Assembly: GCF_032444005.1 (NCBI RefSeq)
Contig: NC_091282.1
Span: forward strand, 492,094,001 to 492,158,000
Reading direction: 5' to 3'
Source: Ranitomeya imitator
Taxonomy: Eukaryota
Length of the DNA: 64,000 bases
Shown: positions 13,664 to 24,548 of the stretch, one piece after another
How positions within the stretch are numbered: position 1 is the first letter of the stretch
Layout of the letters: each line of letters opens with the position of its first letter
Program-made: the position numbers and the translations under genes
The notes under the pieces: generated by a model
Database searches by the model: none
What the model saw: only the letters and a program-made list of their open reading frames with translations
Told to the model about the DNA's origin: nothing

Positions 13664-14085
13664 TTATGCAGCCATTTTTACTTTTTATCCAGAACTAACA
13701 CATTTATACTAGATCTGGTGGATAAATGCTGGGAAGTGAGGGTCTTGCCACCACACATCATCAGAAAAGGGTCCTATGACCTGAAGCCAAGGGGATCAGA
13801 TTGTGCATGTACACGTTTTTCTCCATTGACCATAACAGTGCGAGACGTACTAACACATTGCCAGCTCTGTTGGGTTTCTCCTCCTACGTGCATCCACTGT
13901 TGTCCATCTTCTTTTGCAAAACATGGGTGATTGAACTCCAATTTCACCGCTGAGACATTTTTCCTTTGGTTGAAAAACCATCTAAGCTCATTAACACATG
14001 AATACCAAGTACAGCTATTCCTAGAACATCAATAAATAGATCTGACAACATTTTACATGACTGATTGTATTGATCTTCATTTCAG

Positions 14086-14192
14086 ATATCCATACCTGTT
14101 GTTATCGGCAGTAGGAATAGACTACCCAGCTCTAACATGGCTCTACCATACATTATGGATTCCATTTCATCCTTTATCACTGCTAGCTGAAG
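14086..14192 (+). CDS. HACD4: HACD4 coding exon containing the active-site segment
   Basis: ttcag|ATAT...GAAG|gtatgg, 107 nt. Translates YPYLLLSAVGIDYPALTWLYHTLWIPFHPLSLLAE. Confidence 0.95.
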
Positions 14193-14816
14193 GTATGGCA
14201 CACTAAGAAATCATATGCTGCAATTATTATACAAAATAGGTGAGTTTTCATAAAAACACATAGGTTTAGATTACTGTAAGTGCCTGGCATACACAAAGGA
14301 TGTTATCCTTAGAATATAGTTGCATGCCGTCACGTGCCCGATATTTATGAAGGCATTATGGTCACTTCTTAGCATATGGGCTGGGTAGGCTGTAGTGCGT
14401 ACTGCCAGGGCAGAGCCAGAGTGACTGGCATGGTCTACTCTTTTCCTCTGCTGTAACGTACTATAGCCAGGTCAAAGTTGACTTTTCCTGAGGCCTACAA
14501 GGTCTCTCCCTTCTTGCAGCTTTTCTAATGCACAGAGTTGTCAAGTACAGTATGTATTAAATGGGAGGTTGCTATTTTCCAGATAGAACTACCATGTGGC
14601 TATTGTTACTGCCATGGTTTTGTATAACAGTAGTAATGACAGCCATAAAAAGCACCCACCCATTATGGAAACCTGTCTTCCCAATTTGCCTAAACCAGGG
14701 GCATGGCGCTATAGTGTATGTCAATGCATTAGTAAACATGCTCCTGATTAAATTAGTAGCAGCATAATGCTGAAAACTGGCTTACAAAATAGCAGAACGC
14801 TGCCACTTCCAATTAA

Positions 14817-15144
14817 AGGGAACCTGTCACCTGAATTTGGCGGGACTGGTTTTGGGTCATATGGGCGGAGTTTTCGGGTGTTTGATTCACCCTTTCCTTA
14901 CCCGCTGGCTGCATGCTGGCCGCAATATTGGATTGAAGTTCATTCTCTGTCCTCCATAGTACACGCCTGCACAAGGCAAGATTGCTTTGCGCAGGCGTGT
15001 ACTATGGAGGACACAGAATGAACTTCAATCCAATATTGCAGCCAGCATGCAGCCAGCGGGTAAGGAAAGGGTGATTCAAACACCCGAAAACTCCGCCCAT
15101 ATGACCCAAAACCAGTCCCGCCAAATTCAGGTGACAGAGTCCCT
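14817..15144. mobile_element. T2-family (Kolobok-type) MITE, almost fully palindromic
   Basis: TTAA-AGGGAACCTGTCAC...GTGACAGAGTCCCT-TTAA, with near-perfect inverted arms of about 155 bp. Confidence 0.88.
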
Positions 15145-16388
15145 TTAAGCCATGGTCTCCCCTCTGCAGGACCATCTACTTGACTGGAACAATAACTACA
15201 AGCCCCTAACTTGCATTGACTATAGAGAAATCTATTACCAAGCTATATTTTATCTACATGCTTAGTTTTACGGCTGATCATTGTACTTTCTGACTGACAT
15301 GGGCTGTCCTCCTCAGTGAGCCCCTGAAACTTAGTACAATACCACCATTTCCAGCACTAGGTCTGTCATTCCTTCTCCCCTTTTCTATAAAATGCCTTTG
15401 TACTTGCCTTTTCGCACCATGCTTCCTTGTTGCTAGCCTTTTTTCCTTCAGTCCCACAACGAAGAACCGAGGTTCCTCTTCGTCAGTTGATTCCTCTACT
15501 GGCAAACTCCTGACCTAAACATTGGTAAGGTGATTGGGGCCAGCAGGACTCCCTCCCCCTACATGGCTTAGGGCACAGATGCGGAGCTAAATTTTTATTG
15601 CTCACAGGCAATTAAATAGTGGCTGGCAGGGCAACTTATTTAGAAGCAACCCAGCAGCAGTTTGGCTGCTAACACCACATCCCGTCTCAGGCAGTGGGGC
15701 CAGTGAGGTATGACCGGCATGAAACCTTCAAAGGATCTGCAGACCACTACTGTGGACATGTCTTATGGCAGATGCTGCCTAAGACTTGTGCGTGTGTGCA
15801 TGTATCTAAAATATATATAATTATATTTTTATAATGCCAACAAATTCTGCAGCACATTACAATTAAGCGGGACATGTACAAATAAAAGCAAAGTAACACA
15901 TAGTTCAACAGTTACAGGAGTAGTGAGGGCCATACTTCTTTCCAAACTAGCTCTAGGTCGGTGAGATTGGATGGAGGCGTCTGTGAACAGCAACCACAGA
16001 TTCTCAATGAGATTTAAATCTGGACTCTGACTGGGCCATTCAAGCACATGAATATACTTTGATGTAACCCATTACATTGTAGCTCTGGCAGTATGTTTAG
16101 GGTCTTTGGACTACTGGAAGAGGACCCTATCACGCCCCACTATCAAGTCCTTTTCAGCCTCTAACAGGTTTTCCTCCAGAATTACCCTAAATTTAGCTCC
16201 ATTCATTTTCCCATTGACTTTGACCAACTTCCCTGTCACTGCTGAAGAAAAGAATCCCCACATTAACGGTAGTGTTCTAAATTCTCTAAAAAGAAATATA
16301 GAGTGCTCTCAGTCTGAGAGACAAAATAGGAATCTTGTGGGTGTGATACCTTTTAATGGCTAACAAAATAAAGTGAATGATGTTACAA

Positions 16389-16427
16389 AGCAAGCTTTCG
16401 AGATGGCTTGCATCTCTTCATCAGGCT
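16389..16427 (-). ncRNA. Minimal type I hammerhead ribozyme motif (Penelope-like element remnant)
   Basis: Minus strand reads AGC-CTGATGA-A-GAGATG-CAAGC-CATCTC-GAA-AGCT-T-GCT: intact core, 6-bp helix II, palindromic helix III. Confidence 0.75.
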
Positions 16428-16475
16428 GGAAAGCTTGCTTTGTAACATTATTTAATTAATTTTGTTAGCCATTAA

Positions 16476-19400
16476 CCCCTTTACCCCCAAGGGTGGTTTG
16501 CACATTAATGACCAGGCCAATTTTAACAATTCTGACCACTGTCCCTTTATGAGGTTATAACTCTGGAACGCTTCAATGGATCCCGGTGATTCTGACATTG
16601 TTTTCTCGTGACATATTGTACTCCATGATACTGGTAACATTTCTTTGATATTAGGCAAGGTTCACATTGCGTTAGGGCAATCCGTTAAGCACATAGCGCT
16701 AGCGGATTGCGCTAACGGATTGCGCTAACGCAATGTTTATTTTGGGTCCGCGTTCGCCGTCCCCGCTAGCGCAGATCCCCGATCAGCGCTAGCGAGGGAT
16801 AAACCTCGGACGCACCTCGGACGCTGCAAGCAGTGTCCGAGGTCCGTCACAAAAGAATGGCACATCGCTAGCGCGTGCCGAAAATGGCATGCGCTAGCGA
16901 TGCGCTACAGGCACAAATCACATTGCTGTCAATGGGTGCGCTAACGGACCAGTTGCACGGCGTTAATTGCGAAATTTTTGCCGTGCAACGCAGTCCATTA
17001 GCTTTAACCCATTAACGCAATGTGAACCTAGCCTTACCTGCGTTTATTTGTGAAAAAAACAAAAATTTGGCGAAAAATTTGAAAACCACATTCAAGAAGT
17101 TTATTAACCCTTCAGGTGTTTCACAGGAATTTTTGGAATGTTTAAATAAAAATGAACATTTAACTTTTTTTCACAAAAAATTTACTTCAGCTCCAATTTG
17201 TTTTATTTCACCAAGGGGAACAGGAGAAAATGGACCCCAAAAGTTGTTGTACAATTTGTCCTGAGTATGCCGATACACCATATCGGAAGCGAAGGAGCGC
17301 CATTTTACTTTTCAATGCAAAATTGACAGGAATTGAGATGGGATGCCATGTTGCGTTTGGAGAGCCCCTGATGTGCCTAAACATTGAAACCCCCCACAAG
17401 TGACACCATATTGGAAACTAGACCCCCCCCAAGGAACTTATCTAGATGTGTTGTGAGAGCCTTGAACCCCCAAGTGTTTCACTACAGTTTAAAACGCAGA
17501 GCCGTGAAAATAAAAAATCTTTTTTTTCCACAAAAATTATTTTTTAGCCCCCAGTTTTGTATTTTCCCAAGGGTAACAGGAGAAATTGGACCCAAAAGTT
17601 GTTGTCCAATTTGTCCTGAGTACGCGGATACCCCATATGTGGGGGGAACCACCGTTTGAGTGCATGGCAGAGCTCGGAAGGGAAGGAGCACCATTTGGAA
17701 TGCAGACAGATGGATTGGTCTGCAGGCATCACATTGCGTTTGCAGAGCCCCTAATGTACCTAAACAGTAGAAACCTCCCACAAGTGACCTCATATTGGAA
17801 ACTAGACCCCCCAAGGAACTTATCTAGATGTGTTGTGAGAACTTTGAATCCCCAAGTGTTTCACTAGTTTATAATGCAGAGCCGTGAAAATAAAAAATCT
17901 TTTTTTTCAACAAAAATTATTTTTTAGCCCCCAGTTTTGTATTTTTCCAAGGGTAACAGGAGAAATTGGACCCCAAAAGTTGTTGTCCAATGTGTCCTGA
18001 GTACGCTGATACCCCATATGTTAAGGTAAACCCCTGTTTGGGCACACGGGAGAGCTCGGAAGGGAAGGAGCACTGTTTTACTTTTTCAACACAGAATTGG
18101 CTAGAATTGAGATCGGATGCCATGTCACGTTTGGAGAGCCCCTGATGTGCCTAAACAGTGGAAACCCCCCAATTATAACTGAAACCCTAATCCAAACACA
18201 CCCCTAACCCTAATCCCAATGGTAACCCCAACCACACCCCTAATCCTGACACACCCCTAACCCTAATCCCAACCCTACTCCCAACCGTAAATGTAATCCA
18301 AACCCTAACTGTAACTTTAGCCCCAACCCTAACTGTAGCCTTAACCCTAGCCCCAACCCTAGTCCTAATGGGAAAATGGAAATAAAAATTTTTTTTAAAT
18401 TTTTTTATTTTTCCCTAACTAAGGGGGTGATGAAGGGGGGTTTGATTTACTTTTATAGCGTTTTTTAAGCAGATTTTTATGATTGGCAGCAGTCACACTA
18501 AAAGACGGTTTTTATTGCAAAAAATATTGTTTGCGTTACCACATTTTGAGAGCTATAATTTTTCCATATTTTGGTCCACAGAGTCATGTTAGGTCTTGTT
18601 TTTTGCGGGACGAGTTGATGTTTTTATTGGTAACATTTTCGGGCACGTGACATTTTTTGATCGCTTTTTATTCCGATTTTTGTGAGGCAGAATGACCAAA
18701 AACCAGCTATTCAGGAATTTCTTTTGGGGGGCGTTTATACCGTTCTGCGTTTGGTAAAATTGATAAAGCAGTTTTATTTTTCGGGTCAGTACGATTACAG
18801 CGATACCGCATTTATATCATTTTTTATGTTTTGGCGCTTTTATACAATAAAAACTATTTTATAGAAAAAATAATTATTTTTGCATCGCTTTATTCTGAGG
18901 GCTGTAACTTGTTTATTTATAACCGTCATTTTGATCGCGTGTTATTCCACTTTTTGTTCGGCGGTATGATAAAGCATTTTTATTTTTACGGTGTTCACTG
19001 AAGGAGTTAACCAGTGGGACAGTTTTATAGGTCGGGTTGTTACAGATGCGGCGATACTAAATATGTGTATTTTATGTTTTTTTTTAATTTACATAAAGAA
19101 ATGTATTTATTGGAACAATATATTTTTTCTTTATTTAGGAATTAAAAATTTTTTTTTTTTTTACACGTTAATATATATATTTTTTTACTTTTTTACATTG
19201 TCCCAGGGTGGGACATCACTGTATAGTGTTAGATCACTGATCTGACACTTTGCAAAGCACTGTGTCAGATCAGCGATCTGACAGGCAGTGCAGGCTTGCC
19301 GGCGCCTGCTCTCAGCAGGAGCTTGCAAGCCACCTCTCTGCAGGACCCGGAAGGACCCCCGCAGCCATCTTGGATCCGGGGCCTGCAGGGAGGATGGAGG

Positions 19401-19725
19401 AGACGCTCGGAACAATGCGATCACATAGCGTTGTTCCGAGGGTCTCACGGAAGCACGCAGTGAGCCCCCTCCCTGCGTGATGCTTCCCTATGCCACCGGA
19501 ATGCTGCGAACATGTTTGATCGCAGTGTTCCGGAGGTTTTTGTGCTGGGAGCGGTCCGTGACTGCTCCTGGCACATAGTGCCGGATGTCAGCTGTAATAA
19601 TCAACTGACACCCGGCCTCACTCCCTCTGTCAGCGCGGCTGATCGCCTATGACGTACTATCCCGTCCCTGGGAATTAAGTCCCAGATCCCCTTGACGGGA
19701 TAGTACATCAGAAGGCAGAAAGGTG
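16476..19725. mobile_element. About 3.25-kb piggyBac-type non-autonomous element (family A) with a nested MITE and a telomere-like tract
   Basis: TTAA at 16472-16475 and 19726-19729; homologous in reverse orientation to 38230-41046. No transposase ORF seen. Confidence 0.85.
16654..17033. mobile_element. PIF/Harbinger-type MITE
   Basis: TTA duplication at 16651-16653 and 17034-17036; terminal repeats GGCAAGGTTCACATTGCGTTA / TAACGCAATGTGAACCTAGCC. Confidence 0.85.
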
Positions 19726-19729
19726 TTAA

Positions 19730-22160
19730 GGTTTCAGGGCTGTCGCTGGGCAACATTCAGTTACAGCTTCCTCAAAAGAAGTGGCAAGGCCACTCCAGAG
19801 CCTTGAAATGTTTATTATGGAGCCACTCCTTAGTTGCTTAATAGAAGACCCAGTCACGGCCCATCTTCAGTGCTCTTACTGAAGGAAGGAGGCTGTTGGC
19901 CAAAATCTCACTATACATGACACATCCATCCTCCCTTTAACCCCTTATTGCCATCGGACGTATAGTACGTCCGATGGCAGTACTCCCGCTTTGATGTGGG
20001 CTTCGGCGGTGAGCCCGCATCAAAGCCGGGACATGTAAGCTGTTTTGAACAGCTGACATGTGCTTGCAATAGGCGATCCCCCCTATTAACTAATTAAATG
20101 CCGCAGTCAAACTCTGACAGTGGCATTTATCAAGCGCTTCTGGACAGAAATGCGCGCACCGGTGACCCCCCGTCACGCGATCGGGGGTCATCGGTGAGTC
20201 GCCATGACAACCAGAGGTCTCCTTGAGATCTCTATGGTTGTTGATGGCGGAGTGCTGTGAGCGCCACCCTGTGGTTGGCACTCATAGCAATGCAGCAATT
20301 CAGCTACATAGAGGCAATCTGAGCATCGCTCCTATGTCGCAGAGCCGACCAGGCTATGCCAGCTTCTAGCCTTCCATGCAAGCATGCCAAAAGTAAAAAA
20401 AAAAAAAAAAAGTTTTTAAAAATATGAAAAAAAAATAAAAAAAAAGTTTAAATCACCCCCTTTTCGCCTCATTCAAAATAAAATGAAAAAAATGAAACCA
20501 GCACATATTTGTTATCGCTGTGTTCAGAATCGCCCAATCTATTAATAATAAAAAGGATTAACCTGATAACTAAACGGTGTAGCTAAAAAAAAAAAAAAAA
20601 AATCAAAATGCCAGAATTACTTTTTTTGGTTGCCGCGACATTGCATTAAAATGCAATAACGGGCGATCAAAAGAACGTATCTGCACCAAAATAGTATCAT
20701 TAAAAACGTTCGCTCTGCGCACAAAAATTAGGCCCTCACCCAACCCAAGATCACAAAAAATGGAGGCAGTACGGGCATCGGAAAATGGCGCAAATTTTTT
20801 TTTTAGGAAAGTTTGGAATTTTTTTCACCCTTTAGATAAAAAAGAACCTATACATGTTTGGTGTCTATGAACGCATAATGACCTGGAGAATCATAATGGC
20901 AGGTCAGTTTTAGCATTTAATGAACCTAGCAAAAAAAGCCAAACAAAAAACATGTAAGGGATTGCACGGTTTTTGCAATTTCACCCCACTTGGAATTATA
21001 TTCCTTTTTTCTAGTACAGGACATGGTAAAACCAATGGTGCCTTTCAAAAGTTCAACTAGTCCCACAAAAAATAAGCCCTCACATGGCTATACTGACGGA
21101 AAAAAAAAAAAAGTTATGGCTTTGCGAAGAAGGGGAGCGAAAAATAAAAACAAAACAAAAAAATGCTCCGGGGGTTAATAAGATGCAGTTGTCCTGTCTC
21201 CTTTGCAGAAAAACACCTCCAAAGTATGTTTCCCTCACCTTATGTAATGGTTGGGACGGTGTTCTTGGGGTTGTACTTCTTCTTCTTCCTCCAAACACGA
21301 CAAATGGTGTTGATACCAAAAAGGTCTATATTGGTCTCATCTCACCACATGACCTTCTCCTATGCCTCCTCTGGATCATCCAGATGGTCACTGGCAAACT
21401 TCAAATAGGCCTGGACATGTGCTGGCGTGAGCAGGGGGACCTTGGGTGCCCTGCAGGATTTTAATCCATGATGGTGTATTGTGTTACTAACTGTAATGTT
21501 TGAGACTGGTCCCAGCTCTCTTCAGTTCACTGACCAGGTCCTCCAGTGTAGTTCTGGGCTGATTTCTGACCTTTCTCAGAATCACCCTTACCCCATGAGG
21601 GAAGATTTTGCATGGCGCTCCAGACCTTGGAAAATTGACAGTCATCTTCTGTTCATTCCATTTTCTAATAATTGTGCCAACAGTTGTTGCCTTCTCACCA
21701 AGCTGCTTGCCTATTGTCCTGTAGCCCATCCCAGCCTTGTGCAAATCTACAATTTTGCCCCGGGTGTCCTCAGACAGCTCTTTGGTCTTGGCCAAGGTGG
21801 AAAGGTTGGAGTGTGATTGAGAATTTGGACATGTGTCTTTTATACAGATAACTAGTTCAAACAGGTGCAATTAATACAGGTAAATGAGTACAGAGTGAGA
21901 GAGCTATTTTAATAAAAACTAACAGGTCTGTGATGGCTAGAATTCTTGCTGGTTGGTATGTGATCAAATACTTATTTCAAGCAATAAAATGCAATTTAAT
22001 TATTTAAAAATCATACAATGTGATTTTCTGGTCTTTATTTTTAGATTCTGTCTCTCACAGTTAAAGTGTACCTACGATAAATATTACAGACCTCTCTATG
22101 CTTTGTAGGTGGGAAAACTTGCAAAATTAGCAGTGTATCAAATACTTATTTTTCCTTCTG
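19730..22160 (-). mobile_element. Tc1/mariner remnant
   Basis: ORF 21487-21870 encodes a Tc1 paired/HTH N-terminus ([32 protein letters not shown]...RSGAPCKI). The terminus ends ...CTG followed by TA at 22161-22162. Confidence 0.85.
19941..21174. mobile_element. piggyBac-type non-autonomous element (family B) inserted into a Tc1 remnant
   Basis: TTAA at 19937-19940 and 21175-21178, with Tc1-like sequence continuing on both sides. Confidence 0.85.
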
Positions 22161-23609
22161 TATAGTGAAGAGCAACAAGGTTTAAAACTTTTGACTTTCA
22201 GGCTCCATATCACATCCATTTCTGCTTTGAACTTGAGACTGCCATCATTTTATAGAAGATCATCTTGGATATCTCATACTTAAATTTGACTTGCAACTAT
22301 TTAGCATATAATCAGTTATGCAGATTCTTGTCATGTCACTGTATTTCTACTTTTTGCTCCTAAAGATCTAAATGTTATTTTTTTATTATTTTGCTAGTAT
22401 TTTGTAAATCTACCTTGGCTTTCAACACTGCCTGAATCCGTCTGGGCATGCTCTCGATCAGATTCAAACATGTGTCGACCGAAATTTGATCTAAGGTCTC
22501 TTCGACTCACTTGGGTATGTATACAATTTTTTCTTCAATTATACCCACAAGTGTTTGATTGGGTTGAGGTCTGGGGACTGTGGGGGCCAATCCAGCACCT
22601 CTACTTCATTGTCATTGAACCATTTCTTTGGCAATCTCGATTTATGCTTCGTATTGTTGGAACATTATATCATCCTTTTTATACCCATAGTACTTGAGAG
22701 TATGAAGTAACTCATCTTGTAGGATACTCACATATAGCTCAGCATTGAGACCACCATCAATCCTGGTCAAGTATCCAATGCCTTTGGCTGTGAATCAACC
22801 CCATATCATCAGGTTTCCTTCAACAAACTTGACATTTCCTTCAATTTCTCAATCCGTTAGCCCCCTTTTCCCTTGCTTTTTTCCGACTCTTTCGCACCTC
22901 TAAGAGCCTAGTCCATTGACTTTCGTGTTAAAATCACCAGTTTCAAATCTTTAAATTTTCACTTTTCGTACTTGTTTGCAAACTCGATCCAACGCTTCTT
23001 ATGACAATTTTTTTTTTCGGGCCAGCATTCCAGACTTGCATAATGTGCTTGCATCAATGTCTTTGATCTATTATAAAGCATATGGGCCACCTCCACTGCC
23101 ATGTTTGTCATGCCTGAACTGATAGACCTTGGGATGAGCAGACTTATTGACACTGATATTTTGCCCGGATGTCCACCTTTTGGCTTCTGAACGGACGGAT
23201 TTCAGTTCTAATTCTTCAAACTGTCATGGCACTCACATGATGCAGTTTTGCAATTTTCTTGGCCATAAGACCGCAATCAATGAGCTGGATGACGCCGTTT
23301 CTCTTTTCTTGGGAAATGGTCTTCATTCCTGTTCTTCAATTCAAACCAGTGACCTTTCACTTGGGAATCAACCTAGCAACACACTGAGCTATTAAGGAAT
23401 GTGAGGGCAGGTTGTATTTTGTAGTATTCAGGAAGAAAAATATTTTTCTACCCTAAGGACCAAACAGTAACAATGCACTGACATGACAAGAATCTGCATA
23501 ACTAATCATATGCTAAATAGTTGCAAGTCAAAATTATGTATGATATATCCAAGAAGATCTTCTATAAAATTATGGTAGTCTCACTATCAAAGCAGTAGTG
23601 GATGGTGAG

Positions 23610-24411
23610 TGTTGTGAATTCTGTGGCAGAGCTCCCTCCTGTGGTCACAAGTGGTACTTCGGCTGGTTCTCTCTGTGAGCTTCCGTTGGTGGAGGAAAGT
23701 GGTACTGCGGCTTCTGAGTTTCCTTCCTCAGGTGATGTGGTGAAGTCGTTAGGTGCTGCTCTATTTAACTCCACCTAGTGTTTTGATCCTGGCCTCCAGC
23801 CAATGTTCTAGTATTGGACCTGTTTCCTCCTGGATCGTTCCTGTGGCCTGCTGCTCTGCATAGCTAAGTTCCTCTTTGCTATTTGTTTGCTGTTTTTTTT
23901 CTGTCCAGCTTGTCAATTTGTTTTTTACTGCTTGCTGGAAGCTCTGGGACGCAGAGGGTGTACCTCCGTGCCGTTAGTTCGGTACGGAGGGTCTTTTTGC
24001 CCCCTTTGCGTGGTTTTTGTGTTGACCGCAAAGTTACCTTTCCTATCCTCGCTCTGTTCAGAAAGTTGGGCCTCGCTTTGCTAAATCTATTTCATCTCTA
24101 CGTTTGTCTTTTCATCTTAACTCACAGTCATTATATGTGGGGGCTGCCTTTTCCTTTGGGGTATTTCTCTGAGGCAAGGTAGGCTTATTTTCTATCTTCA
24201 GGCTAGCTAGTTTCTCAGGCCGTGCCGAGTTGCATAGGGAGCGTTAGGCGCAATCCACGGCTGCCTTTAGTGTGGTTGGAGAGGATTGGGGATTGCGGTC
24301 AACAGAGTTCCCACGTCTCAGAGCTCGTTCTTGTTTTTTGGGTTATTGCCAGGTCACTGTATGTGCGCTGACCTCTATGTCCATTGTGGTACTGAATTAC
24401 CTTTCATAACA
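23610..24411 (+). repeat. 5' LTR (802 bp)
   Basis: TGTTGTGAAT...CATAACA. Matches 30333-31144 apart from about 9 substitutions (counted by eye) and one 10-bp indel. TATA-like TATTTAA at 23762-23768. Confidence 0.97.
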
Positions 24412-24548
24412 GTACTGGAGGCCAAAAGTACTAATGATTCCCAATAGAGGGAAAAAAGAAGTTCTGAGACCATTTTTTTTTCTTTGCAATGTGTTTTGCC
24501 TTTTTTTTCCCCTAGACATTTGGGTGGTTCAGGACACAGGTGTAGCAA

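Noticed and set aside
23562-23774. ORFs within the LTRs (also 23883-24182 and 30610-30915)
   Set aside because: Short, duplicated only because the LTR is duplicated, and without recognisable protein features.
24412-24430. tRNA primer-binding site
   Set aside because: TGG is offset 4 nt from the LTR end and I could not match it to a tRNA 3' end by eye, whereas it pairs perfectly for 10 nt with the LTR itself.
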